From contig JAGVWC010000010.1 of NCBI GenBank assembly GCA_018304465.1, forward strand, positions 32,001-96,000: a stretch of DNA of 64,000 nt, read 5' to 3'. Made by a program: the position numbers and the translations under genes. The DNA is from Candidatus Iainarchaeum sp. Lineage in GTDB: Archaea > Iainarchaeota > Iainarchaeia > Iainarchaeales > JAGVWC01. Below the pieces are notes generated by a model. The model was not told where the DNA came from. It did not search any database and was given only the letters and a program-made list of their open reading frames with translations. This document shows, in pieces, positions 20,252-30,365 of the stretch; position 1 is the stretch's first letter; each line of letters opens with the position of its first letter.

Positions 20252-20461
20252 ATGGGCTCCAACCCAAAGAAAAAGAAGCGGCTTTCCAACGATGGCAAAA
20301 CGATACCCGCCCGATCGCGTCCGCATCTGGCCAAAGACGGCACCAAAACCGATTTTGAAAAACCCACTCTAAAAGACATGGTAAAAGTCTATGACCAATG
20401 GGTCGAAGCACCCGGTGCCATCACGATTCGCTGGCGAAAAAACGTCCGATCCTATTTATAA
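20252..20461 (+). CDS. Small basic hypothetical protein
   Basis: ATG ORF in intergenic gap, host-like codon usage. Confidence 0.4.
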   Translation: MGSNPKKKKRLSNDGKTIPARSRPHLAKDGTKTDFEKPTLKDMVKVYDQWVEAPGAITIRWRKNVRSYL

Positions 20462-20509
20462 AAAAAAAACATCAAAACCCTTTAATTCTACCGCTTCGAA
20501 ATACTTGAC

Positions 20510-21196
20510 ATGCCGTCACGCCGAAAACCCGTTACGCGTCTCACCCGCCCCACAGCCGTTTTGCGCCGGCCCTTGCGACCGGCCCACCCACGACCCTATC
20601 GAATCATTGAAAAAACCCCTAACATTGCGCGCGCCGAAATGGCCTGGTTTCGATCCAAAGGAAAACCCGGTTACTTGCGCGAAAGTGCATCCGCGCGCCG
20701 ACTGGACCATGTGTATCCCGGACCCCCAAAACCCGGCGAACACGCGTTTGTTCACACCCACCCCTTCACGCGCGTCATGGGAACCGTTTCGACTCCGTCA
20801 TTATCCGATCTAGCGACTTTTTTTGCCGAACACGTCTTTGATTCCGACGTACGGGTATGGGAAATCGCAACTGTGGACAAAAAAGGAAAAGAAATCGGCG
20901 TATTCGCTTTTCGCGCCCAAAAAAAACTATTGGATTCACAAACAGAATCTGACCGAATCCGATTCCTGATCGAACGCGTTTTCATCAATAACCTAGACAA
21001 ACCCACCGTGGAAAAATACCGTATCGCCGAACGACTGCGGCAATACCTCGTAAAAAACAAATTTTTCGTCGAACACGCCGTAAGCCGGCGCGGATACGAA
21101 TTCGCATACGATTCCAGTCGACACGTCGGATTTTTCAGGAAAAAACGAAAAAAACCAGGCGAAGAAATCACGAAAACGTCAAGCCAACGCCGTTGA
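20510..21196 (+). CDS. Basic orphan with JAB/MPN-like metal-binding motif
   Basis: FVHTHP...PSLSDL; Arg-rich N-terminus. Confidence 0.55.
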   Translation: MPSRRKPVTRLTRPTAVLRRPLRPAHPRPYRIIEKTPNIARAEMAWFRSKGKPGYLRESASARRLDHVYPGPPKPGEHAFVHTHPFTRVMGTVSTPSLSDLATFFAEHVFDSDVRVWEIATVDKKGKEIGVFAFRAQKKLLDSQTESDRIRFLIERVFINNLDKPTVEKYRIAERLRQYLVKNKFFVEHAVSRRGYEFAYDSSRHVGFFRKKRKKPGEEITKTSSQRR

Positions 21197-22003
21197 TTTC
21201 AACGCGTTCCACGCCTTGAACCCAAAAAACGCTGAAACCGCGACAAAAACCATTAAAGCGCCGTATACTTCGAATAAACCCGCGGTTTGCGCCAAATACA
21301 CGACGACCGCGTCCACCAACGAATGCAACACAATCGCGAGAATTAACCAAATTTTGTTCGACTCCACGATGCTTCGAAACACCAACAACGAAAACGACAA
21401 ATGCAATCCCATCGCAAGCAATCGTTCCAACAAACCCGGCAACGCATCGACCGGAGTCAAGTTTTTCACGGTTTCTTGCTGTTGCTTGATTTGATCCACT
21501 TGTTCTTGGGTTAACGTTCCGCCGGATTGTTGATTCAAATCCGCAATTCCCGCGTCATCCAAGGATTCCAAGGTCGAAAACCCAACCGCGGTCACAATCA
21601 AGATAACGCCAATCAACATGCATTCGACGCCGCCCCACCCCACTCCAAACAACAAACCGTTTTCACGCGAAAGCGACACTTTTTGATTCTGAAAAACATA
21701 TTTGAACACGAGCCAGCGTCCGATTTCCTCGAACAACCCCGCAAGCAAACCCAAATACAAGGCGGAAAGCACCAATGGAATCGGGGGTTCAAACCAACCC
21801 GAAAACAAACCCGACAACGGAGTTTGGGTCAAAAAAACGAACGGCACGTGTAGGACTTGCACCAAAATGAAAAAACCAAGTCCAAGACCAAACACTTTCC
21901 ACGAAAGATGATACTTTTTAACAATCCAAAACCCCAATGCCAATGGAATCAAGATCTCAAGCAAGGCGACGATTCCAAACGTCAACAAAACAACGGGGTC
22001 CAT
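21179..22003 (-). CDS. YhfC-family intramembrane glutamic/metalloprotease
   Basis: LAGLFEEIGRW, GVGWGGVE, ERLLAMGLH, HSLVD; multiple TM helices. Confidence 0.85.
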   Translation of the reverse strand: MDPVVLLTFGIVALLEILIPLALGFWIVKKYHLSWKVFGLGLGFFILVQVLHVPFVFLTQTPLSGLFSGWFEPPIPLVLSALYLGLLAGLFEEIGRWLVFKYVFQNQKVSLSRENGLLFGVGWGGVECMLIGVILIVTAVGFSTLESLDDAGIADLNQQSGGTLTQEQVDQIKQQQETVKNLTPVDALPGLLERLLAMGLHLSFSLLVFRSIVESNKIWLILAIVLHSLVDAVVVYLAQTAGLFEVYGALMVFVAVSAFFGFKAWNALKSTALA

Positions 22004-22086
22004 GCAACACCACTTTACCGACAAGTTTTAACGGGTGTGCTAAAAAAACATGCTAAAAAAGAACAACCCTGTTACGAGAAAGTAGG

Positions 22087-22395
22087 TCAGGCTTGTTTAA
22101 TTTTTTTTACTTTCTTAACCCTAAACACAGATAACATCAATTTTCTTGCAATTGGTTGATAGATAAGTAAGAACAATCCACTTCCAGCAAAAATTGGCAT
22201 GCTATAGTCAATCATGGTTTTTTGGACTTCATTCAATGTATGACCTTGCAAGAGAACCCAATAGACAAGCAAAATTTCCACCCCGCTAATAATCAGCACT
22301 AGAACACTAAGCACACTAAGGAACCATATAAACAGAGAGCAAAACAAGTCTTTTAGGGCAAGCGGTTTTTGAATAGGCGTTTTTGGTTTTATCAT
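22087..22395 (-). CDS. Small 2-TM membrane protein
   Basis: Two hydrophobic stretches; overlaps stop of upstream gene. Confidence 0.55.
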   Translation of the reverse strand: MIKPKTPIQKPLALKDLFCSLFIWFLSVLSVLVLIISGVEILLVYWVLLQGHTLNEVQKTMIDYSMPIFAGSGLFLLIYQPIARKLMLSVFRVKKVKKIKQA

Positions 22396-22571
22396 TTTTT
22401 ACGCCTCCAATCTAAAGGTTGCCAACAATTTGGACAAATTGGCGCATCTTTTGCCACAGGGTAGTTACATCGGGGACAACGATTTTGGTTAAGCGCATCA
22501 ATAATTAGCTTCCCTAAAAGTATCATCCCTGCCGCGTCGACAATATCTTTTATCCAGTCATCTTTTGCCAT
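22392..22571 (-). CDS. Small zinc-ribbon protein with hydrophobic N-terminal helix
   Basis: CPRC...CPNC; ATG at 22571. Confidence 0.6.
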   Translation of the reverse strand: MAKDDWIKDIVDAAGMILLGKLIIDALNQNRCPRCNYPVAKDAPICPNCWQPLDWRRKK

Positions 22572-22732
22572 AAACCAATTTGGACTAGCTACGAATTTTT
22601 GTATCTTACTATTTGTTCTATCTAGTGAAAAACGAGGATGCTTGCAGTTGAAATTCCCCCGCGATTGAAAAAGCTCATTCGCAAACCATAAAAACCCCAA
22701 ATGCATTCTATTTGCATAAAAGAAGACCCCTC

Positions 22733-24262
22733 ATGACAAAAATTACTAATGGAACCAAAGAAGGTTTCGAACAAAAAATGTGGACCGCCGCCGACAAAAT
22801 GCGAAACAACATGGACGCTGCCGAATACAAACATGTCGTCTTGGGCCTTATTTTCTTAAAATATATTTCTGATCGGTTTGAAGTCATACATAAAGAATTG
22901 TCCAAAGATCCTGAAGGCTTAGGGCCCGAAGAACGAGACGAATACATTTCCCGCAACGTATTTTGGGTTCCAAAAAAAGCACGTTGGGGCTATTTACAAG
23001 ACCGCGCCAAACAACCCGAAATCGGACAATTCCTCGACGATGCCATGGAACTTGTCGAAAAAGAAAACCCCACGCTAAAAGGCGTATTACCCAAAGATTA
23101 CGCTCGCCCTACACTCAACAAACGAAGACTTGGGGAACTCATCGACCTAATCGGAACCATCACACTGGGAGACGAAGAAAGCAACAAGAAAGACGTTTTA
23201 GGACAAGTATATGAGTATTTCTTGGGCCAATTCGCAGATGCAGAAGGAAAAAAAGGCGGCCAATTCTATACCCCGGCTAGCATTGTAAAACTCCTCGTTG
23301 AAATGATCGAACCCTACAAAGGCCGTGTATTCGATCCGTGCTGTGGAAGCGGAGGAATGTTCGTTCAAAGCGAAAAATTCATTTCCGAGCACCAAGGAAA
23401 AATTGACGAAGTATCCATTTACGGCCAAGAAAGCAACCCGACCACCTGGAAACTCTGCAAAATGAACTTGGCGATACGCGGAATCGACGGAAACATTTCG
23501 CTTGGAGATTCTTTTCACCAAGACCAACACAAAGACCTCAAAGCAGACTTTATTTTAGCCAATCCACCCTTCAATGTCTCCGACTGGAGCGGAGAAAGCC
23601 TACGCGACGATTCCCGCTGGAAATACGGAGTTCCACCAACCGGAAACGCCAATTTTGCATGGGTCCAACACTTTATTTCCCATTTGAGTCCCACCGGAAT
23701 CGCCGGATTCGTTCTCGCCAACGGTTCCATGTCATCTAACCAATCCGGCGAAGGCGAAATTCGAAAAAAAATCGTTCAAGAAGACCTAGTGGATTGCATG
23801 GTGGCACTTCCAAGCCAATTATTCTTCAACACCATGATCCCTGCCTGCTTATGGTTTGTGGCACGCGACAAAAAAAACAATAAACACCGCGACCGCCGCG
23901 GACAAGTACTATTCATTGACGCTCGCAAAATGGGGACCATGATTGATCGCCGCCACCGCGAACTCACCACTGAAGACATCCAAAAAATTGCTTCAACTTA
24001 TCACGCGTGGCGAAACAAAGATGGGAAACACCAAGACATCAAAGGATTCTGCAAGTCCATATCACTCAAAGAAATCGAAAAGCAAGGATTCATCCTAACC
24101 CCCGGACGATACGTTGGAACCGAAGAAATAGAAGACGACTGTGAACCCTTCGAAGAAAAAATGAAACGTCTCACGAACGAATTAAAAATGCAATTTGAAG
24201 AATCGAAACGTCTAGAAAAAGAAATTGAAAAAAATCTGAAGGGGATCGGTTTTGACTTTTAA
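22733..24262 (+). CDS. hsdM: Type I restriction-modification methyltransferase subunit
   Basis: [26 protein letters not shown]. Confidence 0.97.
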   Translation: MTKITNGTKEGFEQKMWTAADKMRNNMDAAEYKHVVLGLIFLKYISDRFEVIHKELSKDPEGLGPEERDEYISRNVFWVPKKARWGYLQDRAKQPEIGQFLDDAMELVEKENPTLKGVLPKDYARPTLNKRRLGELIDLIGTITLGDEESNKKDVLGQVYEYFLGQFADAEGKKGGQFYTPASIVKLLVEMIEPYKGRVFDPCCGSGGMFVQSEKFISEHQGKIDEVSIYGQESNPTTWKLCKMNLAIRGIDGNISLGDSFHQDQHKDLKADFILANPPFNVSDWSGESLRDDSRWKYGVPPTGNANFAWVQHFISHLSPTGIAGFVLANGSMSSNQSGEGEIRKKIVQEDLVDCMVALPSQLFFNTMIPACLWFVARDKKNNKHRDRRGQVLFIDARKMGTMIDRRHRELTTEDIQKIASTYHAWRNKDGKHQDIKGFCKSISLKEIEKQGFILTPGRYVGTEEIEDDCEPFEEKMKRLTNELKMQFEESKRLEKEIEKNLKGIGFDF

Positions 24263-24719
24263 CATTTTCATAAGTTACTCAACAAAGGATATCGAAACGG
24301 CTAAAAGACAGCAGAATTATTTTTCTCAAATTCAAGGAACGCGAGTTTTTCTATCTGAGTCAAGCCTGATTTTGGGTCAACTAAGTGATGTATTCATTAA
24401 CGAAATCAAAAAGTGTGATTTATTCATAGTCCTTTACAGTAAGAATTCTCAAAATTCGACTTATGTTCAACAAGAAATTGGTGTTGCGAAAGGAAACGGA
24501 AAACTTGTTATCCCCGTTCTGCTTGATGCTGAAGCAAAACCGGATGCAATGCTTCAAGGTATTAGTTATCTTTCAATTTACGATGAAGAAAAGCGCAACA
24601 CACAAATGCCTCGGTTATATCAGTACATCACACAAGAAACACAAAAGAAAGCAACTGGAGAAACACTTCTCTTTCTTGGAGCGCTTTATACACTATACTC
24701 TTTGTCGAGACACAGGTGA
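24252..24719 (+). CDS. Stand-alone TIR-domain protein with short hydrophobic C-terminus
   Basis: [29 protein letters not shown] (catalytic-type Glu), VIPVLL; overlaps hsdM stop and hsdS start. Confidence 0.88.
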   Translation: MTFNIFISYSTKDIETAKRQQNYFSQIQGTRVFLSESSLILGQLSDVFINEIKKCDLFIVLYSKNSQNSTYVQQEIGVAKGNGKLVIPVLLDAEAKPDAMLQGISYLSIYDEEKRNTQMPRLYQYITQETQKKATGETLLFLGALYTLYSLSRHR

Positions 24720-25978
24720 CTATAGTGCCCAAGTTTAAAGAAACGGAAAACGGAAAAATTCCCCCTGGCTGGGAAGTTACTATAATTAGTAATGCAATCG
24801 AAGTTAATCCCGAGAGAGCGCTAAAAAAAGGATCAAATGCAAAGTCAGTTGCAATGCAAGACTTAAAAGAGTTTAATAAAAAAATACAAAATTTTACAAT
24901 TAAATCCTTCAGAGGAGGTTCAAAATTCAAAAACGAGGACACTCTGATGGCTAGGATTACGCCTTGTTTAGAAAATGGTAAAACAGCATTCGTTGATATT
25001 CTTGAAAAAGAGGAAATCGGGTTTGGATCTACAGAATTTATAGTTCTATCCGGAAAACCAGAAAAAACAACAAATGAATTCGTCTTCTACTTATCTATTT
25101 CCCCAAAATTAAGAAGCGAAGCTATTCAATCAATGTCCGGTACATCCGGAAGACAAAGAATTCAAACCGATTTATTCAGGTCTAAGGAAATTGCGATACC
25201 AAAAATTTTCGAACAAAAGGCAGTCGTAAAAATTCTTTCAGATTTAGATTCTAAAATCGAATTGAACAATCAGACGAATCGTACGCTCGAACAAATTGCT
25301 CAAACTTTGTTCAAACATTGGTTTGTTGATTTTGAATTTCCAAACGTAGAAGGAAAACCATACAAATCCAGCGGCGGAAAAATGATTGAATCTGGGCTTG
25401 GATTGGTTCCCGAAGGGTGGAAAGTTCGATCATTGGATCAAATTGCTGATTTTCTCAATGGCCTTGCGTTACAAAAATATCCCCCTGCAGGAGAAGATTT
25501 TCTTCCAGTAATAAAAATTCGAGAATTGCGACAGGGAGTTACAGTGGATAGTGACAAAGCAGATATTTCCATTCCAGATGAATATATTGTTGAAGATGGA
25601 GATGTACTTTTTTCTTGGTCTGGCAGTTTAGAAGTGGTTATCTGGTGTGGCGGGCCTGGAGCATTAAATCAGCACTTATTTAAGATTACATCAAAAGAAT
25701 ACCCTAAATGGTTTTTTTATCAATGGACCAAATATCATTTAACCGAGTTTCAGCTTATCGCAGAGGGAAAAGCAACAACAATGGGGCACATACAACGCCA
25801 CCATTTAACCGAAGCAAAAATTTTGGTTCCACAACGGGCAATCTTAGAAAAAATTAATAAAATTATGGCCCCAAAATTCGAATTGCTTGTTAATAACAAA
25901 ATTGAAATTCGAAACTTGACACAGATTCGTGATTCTTTGCTTCCAAAACTAATGTCTGGAAAAATCCGAGTGAGTTGA
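24716..25978 (+). CDS. hsdS: Type I RM specificity subunit
   Basis: IPPGWE...EQKAVVKIL...LDSKIELN, PEGW, RDSLLPKLMSGKIRV. Confidence 0.95.
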   Translation: MTIVPKFKETENGKIPPGWEVTIISNAIEVNPERALKKGSNAKSVAMQDLKEFNKKIQNFTIKSFRGGSKFKNEDTLMARITPCLENGKTAFVDILEKEEIGFGSTEFIVLSGKPEKTTNEFVFYLSISPKLRSEAIQSMSGTSGRQRIQTDLFRSKEIAIPKIFEQKAVVKILSDLDSKIELNNQTNRTLEQIAQTLFKHWFVDFEFPNVEGKPYKSSGGKMIESGLGLVPEGWKVRSLDQIADFLNGLALQKYPPAGEDFLPVIKIRELRQGVTVDSDKADISIPDEYIVEDGDVLFSWSGSLEVVIWCGGPGALNQHLFKITSKEYPKWFFYQWTKYHLTEFQLIAEGKATTMGHIQRHHLTEAKILVPQRAILEKINKIMAPKFELLVNNKIEIRNLTQIRDSLLPKLMSGKIRVS

Positions 25979-25982
25979 TGTA

Positions 25983-28900
25983 ATGTCGTTTATTGTAGAA
26001 CAGGATATCGAAGAAGCCGCCTTGGACATTTTGAAGGAATTAGGGTACACGATCTATTATGGGCCATCTATTGCGGTGGATGGTGAAAATCCAAAAAGAA
26101 CGGCTCGAGACGACGTAGTGTTGAAAGAGCATTTAATCACCGCAGTCCGAAAGATAAACCCACCCTCAATTCCTACTGTGGCAATTGAAGAAGCTGTCAA
26201 AAAAGTAATGAGAACCACGAGTGCAAAAACAATTGTGGATAATGAACGATTCCACGAGTTTTTAGTAAATGGCGTTGAAGTCGAAATCCGAGTCAAAGAC
26301 CGAATAAAAGGAATCAGTGTAAAACTATTTGATTTTGAAAAACCTGAAAACAACGATTTTGTTGCGATTAATCAAGTTACAATCGTAGAAAATGGAAATA
26401 ACCGACGACCAGACATTCTCCTGTTTGTAAACGGTTTGCCCCTGGGTTTACTCGAGTTGAAAAATCCTGCTGCACCCAATGCAACCATTTATTCGGCTTT
26501 TGAACAAGTCCAAACGTATTTAGCCGAAATTCCAAGTGTCTTTACGTATAATGAATTTGTTATTTTGGCGGATGGAACCACCGCCAAAATCGGGTCAATC
26601 ACTTCGCCTTGGGAATGGTTTTTGCCCTGGAGAACCATCGACGGAAAAAGCCGCGCCCCAAAAACAATCCCTCAATTAGAAGTTGTATTGAAAGGAATGT
26701 GCAATCAAAAAGTCGTTTTAGACTTGGTCAAAAACTTTGTCGGATACCAAAAAACAAAAAAAGAAACCATCAAAGTCATCGGCGGTTATCACCAATATCA
26801 TGCCGCCAACAAAGCCGTGGAACGAACCGTCAAAGCGATTGGAGGATCAAAAAAAGCCGGTGTCGTTTGGCATACGCAAGGAACGGGAAAATCCCTGACC
26901 ATGGCTTTTTTTGTCGGAAAAATAACTCGCGATCCTCGAATGAGAAATCCTTCCATTGTTTTACTCACAGACCGAAACGATTTGGATGACCAATTGTTTA
27001 ATACTTTTTCAGATTATCGCCAGATATTTCGCGAAACCCCCAAAAAAATCAACAACCAGCCCGAACTAAAGGAAAGCTTGAAGATTTCATCGGGCGGAAT
27101 CTTTTTTACTACAATCCAAAAATTCTTAGACAAAAAAGAATCTTCTTTCGAGCTACTTTCAAAAAGAGACAATATTGTCGTTGTGGCCGATGAAGCCCAT
27201 CGAACGCAATATGGATTAAAAGGAAAAATCAGTAAAGATCAAAAATTACGATTTGGTTTTGCAAAATACTTAAGAGACGCGTTGCCGAATGCTTCTTTTC
27301 TTGGTTTTACTGGGACTCCGATTGATTTTGCCGATAAAAGTACTCGTGCGATTTTTGGGGATTACATTGACATTTATGACATGCATTCGGCAATTGAAGA
27401 TTGCCGCGTTGTTCGGATTTTTCACGAACCCAAACTGATTAAACTGGGAAAAAACGAGGATATTTTCAAAGAACTGGATCAAGACCTTGCGGATGTGACG
27501 GAATTTGAAGAACAAAACAACCGAGAATATCTAAAATCCAAGTGGAGCAAAGTAGAAGCATTGGTTGGAACAAAAACCAGGATTGAAACCATTGCCAATA
27601 CAATCGTAAAGCATTATGAATTACGCCAAGCCACGCAAAACGGAAAAGCATTGGTTGTTTGTATGAGCCGTCGAATTTGTGTGGACTTGCATGATCAAAT
27701 TAAGCGAATTCGACCCGAATGGTATCACACGGAAGATACTAAGGGACGGATAAAAATCATTATGACGGGTTCAGCTTCCGATGGAAAAGCTTGGCAAGAG
27801 CATATTCGCACCAAACAAAAAAGAAGAGAAATGGCAGAACTGTTTAAAGATTCTGATTCAGACTTCAAAATCGCTATTGTCAGAGATATGTGGTTAACCG
27901 GATTCGATGTTCCGGCATTAAATACCATGTATTTGGATAAACCCATTCGCCACCATAACCTTATGCAAGCCATTGCTCGCGTAAACCGCGTATACAAGGA
28001 CAAACAAGGCGGAATCGTGGTAGATTTTGTTGGGATTGCAGAAGAATTGAAGAAAGCCATTACTATTTACACACAAAGTGGCGGAAACGGAAGCCCCGCA
28101 TATGAAATCGAAGATGCAATCAAAGTAATGATGGAACGATACGAAGTTGTCAAATCAATCGTTGGCAAATTCGAATACGCAAAATTTTTTACCGGAACGC
28201 ATCAAGAAAAAATGCGCGTAATTCCGGGACTGATGGAACAGGTTCTTGGACAAGCAAAAGGAAAAGAACGTTTCATGAAAAACACCATTGCTCTGACGAG
28301 GGCATTTTCGTTGGCTTCCGCGACTCCGGAAGCCCAACAAATCCGAAACGATGTGGCGTTATTCCAAGCAATTACAAGTGCTTTTACAAAAACCGATACC
28401 ACTCAAGGCACGAGGTCCGATTTGATGGATACGGCCATCAAGCAACTGGTTTCCAAAGCAATCGAAGCCTACGGCGTAATCGATATTTATCGAGAACTCG
28501 GCGTGGAAAAACCAGAAATTTCAATTTTATCCGATAAGTTTCTAGATGAATTTCAAAAAATGGAATACAAAAACCTCGCATATGAAGCTTTGAAAAAATT
28601 GTTATATGAAGAAATTATCCTGCGATTTAAAACGAATAAAATAAAATCAAGAAAATTTTCGGAAATGCTCGAAGAAGCGATTCGAAAGTATACCAATCGA
28701 AGCATCGATTCCGCCCAAGTCGTCAAAGAACTCATCGAAATTGCTAAAGAAGTTCGAGAAGCCCAAAAACAAGGTGAAGAATTAGGTCTTTCAGAAGAAG
28801 AAGTCGCTTTTTACGATGCCTTGGCCAATAACGAAAGTGCGGTCGATTCATTAGGCGAAGAAATTCTGAAAAAAATTGCACGAGAATTAACCGATATGAT

Positions 28901-29090
28901 TAAGCAAAATACCTCTATTGATTGGAAATTCAGACAGAGTGTACGCGCCAAACTACGGCTCATGGTAAAAAAACTATTGAAAAAATATGGTTATCCTCCG
29001 GATAAAACTCAAATCGCAACAGATCTCGTGTTAGAACAAGCCGAAATTCTTTCCGATAAATGGGTAGATTTGCAGTACGCTACCGTGTGA
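25983..29090 (+). CDS. hsdR: Type I RM restriction subunit
   Basis: RPD...ELKN, HTQGTGKS, DEAHR, FTGTP, QAIARVNR. Confidence 0.97.
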   Translation: MSFIVEQDIEEAALDILKELGYTIYYGPSIAVDGENPKRTARDDVVLKEHLITAVRKINPPSIPTVAIEEAVKKVMRTTSAKTIVDNERFHEFLVNGVEVEIRVKDRIKGISVKLFDFEKPENNDFVAINQVTIVENGNNRRPDILLFVNGLPLGLLELKNPAAPNATIYSAFEQVQTYLAEIPSVFTYNEFVILADGTTAKIGSITSPWEWFLPWRTIDGKSRAPKTIPQLEVVLKGMCNQKVVLDLVKNFVGYQKTKKETIKVIGGYHQYHAANKAVERTVKAIGGSKKAGVVWHTQGTGKSLTMAFFVGKITRDPRMRNPSIVLLTDRNDLDDQLFNTFSDYRQIFRETPKKINNQPELKESLKISSGGIFFTTIQKFLDKKESSFELLSKRDNIVVVADEAHRTQYGLKGKISKDQKLRFGFAKYLRDALPNASFLGFTGTPIDFADKSTRAIFGDYIDIYDMHSAIEDCRVVRIFHEPKLIKLGKNEDIFKELDQDLADVTEFEEQNNREYLKSKWSKVEALVGTKTRIETIANTIVKHYELRQATQNGKALVVCMSRRICVDLHDQIKRIRPEWYHTEDTKGRIKIIMTGSASDGKAWQEHIRTKQKRREMAELFKDSDSDFKIAIVRDMWLTGFDVPALNTMYLDKPIRHHNLMQAIARVNRVYKDKQGGIVVDFVGIAEELKKAITIYTQSGGNGSPAYEIEDAIKVMMERYEVVKSIVGKFEYAKFFTGTHQEKMRVIPGLMEQVLGQAKGKERFMKNTIALTRAFSLASATPEAQQIRNDVALFQAITSAFTKTDTTQGTRSDLMDTAIKQLVSKAIEAYGVIDIYRELGVEKPEISILSDKFLDEFQKMEYKNLAYEALKKLLYEEIILRFKTNKIKSRKFSEMLEEAIRKYTNRSIDSAQVVKELIEIAKEVREAQKQGEELGLSEEEVAFYDALANNESAVDSLGEEILKKIARELTDMIKQNTSIDWKFRQSVRAKLRLMVKKLLKKYGYPPDKTQIATDLVLEQAEILSDKWVDLQYATV

Positions 29091-29094
29091 GAAC

Positions 29095-29481
29095 ATGAAA
29101 TACTGGCTGGTAAATCGCTCATGGGAATCGTTTAAACGAACCCAAGAGTTTTGCGGTTTTATTTCTGAGACAGAAAGAGATAAAATCATTGTTGGAGACA
29201 AAATAGTATACTTTGGAAACGGGATTGTTTTAGGGGTTTTCGAAGCAATCGCGTTACCCAACTTCGAGTTTAAGGGTTGGCAAAAGAACTATCCTTTTCA
29301 AGTTAAGTTAAAATTGCTCTCCATCTCAAAACGAGGATTGCTCGCCAAACCACTGGAAAGCAAGATTTTGATGCAAAAAAGCCAAGGCCAATCCCAAAAC
29401 CTGGTTGAACTCACCGAAAAAGAATTCCATCAAATAAAAGACGTGATAGATGCCAATGAAAAGGAGTTGATATTTAAATGA
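29095..29481 (+). CDS. EVE/PUA-like domain protein
   Basis: MKYWLV..., VGDKIVYF, YPFQVKLK, VELTEKEF pattern typical of EVE domains. Confidence 0.65.
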   Translation: MKYWLVNRSWESFKRTQEFCGFISETERDKIIVGDKIVYFGNGIVLGVFEAIALPNFEFKGWQKNYPFQVKLKLLSISKRGLLAKPLESKILMQKSQGQSQNLVELTEKEFHQIKDVIDANEKELIFK

Positions 29482-29708
29482 CTGGGAAAGCATGGGTTGC
29501 TGGAATTCAAGAACCTGAAAAAATGGATTTGAATTGTCCGAAATGCGGCGCATTAAACGAAGTATTGTATTTTCCGGGCTTTACACAATCATATGCCGTT
29601 ACGGGTTCGACAGGTAAAGGAAGTCGAAGAATCGATCGCAAACCTGAAAAAGTTGACGGCGCGTGTAAGGATTGTGGGTACAAATTCAAGTCAAAGGATT
29701 TGGAGTAG
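29478..29708 (+). CDS. Small zinc-ribbon protein
   Basis: CPKC...CKDC; ATGA overlap with EVE-like gene. Confidence 0.6.
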   Translation: MTGKAWVAGIQEPEKMDLNCPKCGALNEVLYFPGFTQSYAVTGSTGKGSRRIDRKPEKVDGACKDCGYKFKSKDLE

Positions 29709-30357
29709 CTTCACTAACTGAATAATAGGGTTCATGGTCGATAGGTTCTAATCGCATAAACTTAAATCGGTCCAAGTGATAGGCTACGATTGCTCGTTTG
29801 GCTTGCTTGCAAAACGTTTCGTCGTTGGTAACAAAGCGATTAAGATCCGTTTGAAGCATGGCGGCAATACATTCGATAAAAATTTCCCGGTCCTCAGAAT
29901 CGGAAAAAACAGCCGTTTTGAGTTTTTCCCATAACTCAAGTTGCTCCACAGTTAAGTCTGATAGCGAAACCCAATTAATTTTTCCGATGATTTCCGATAG
30001 TTTGGTTTCAAGGCTTGCTTTCGCCATCGGAATGCTGGTTTCAAAGTCAATTACGCCGATTCCGGTTTCATTTTTTCCAATCTCGGATAATATTAGTCGA
30101 TGAAAGTTTTCAAACTGAGGCGATAGTTTATTCAGTTCTTCAATTGTCGGCAAACAAAAATGGATATTTGTAAAAGCAATAATTTCAGAAAGCGAGTCCA
30201 AATAATGCTGTAGGAATTTAGTTCGGGTTTCAATGAGAACACTGTCCAAAAGGAATAATTCTTCTTTTTGGTCACGATAGTAACGGAAAGAAGCTTGATG
30301 CAAGCGATCTTTGGGATTAATCAAGCCAATAATCAAATTGGTATCATACGCGTACAT
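29686..30357 (-). CDS. PIN-domain protein
   Basis: YDTNL, D.LH, E, EDREI, FVTND acidic residues. Confidence 0.7.
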   Translation of the reverse strand: MYAYDTNLIIGLINPKDRLHQASFRYYRDQKEELFLLDSVLIETRTKFLQHYLDSLSEIIAFTNIHFCLPTIEELNKLSPQFENFHRLILSEIGKNETGIGVIDFETSIPMAKASLETKLSEIIGKINWVSLSDLTVEQLELWEKLKTAVFSDSEDREIFIECIAAMLQTDLNRFVTNDETFCKQAKRAIVAYHLDRFKFMRLEPIDHEPYYSVSEATPNPLT

Positions 30358-30365
30358 TTTTTTAC

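Noticed and set aside
24252-24719. Thoeris or CBASS system
   Set aside because: No ThsA-type (SIR2/Macro/SLOG) effector or CD-NTase in the window.
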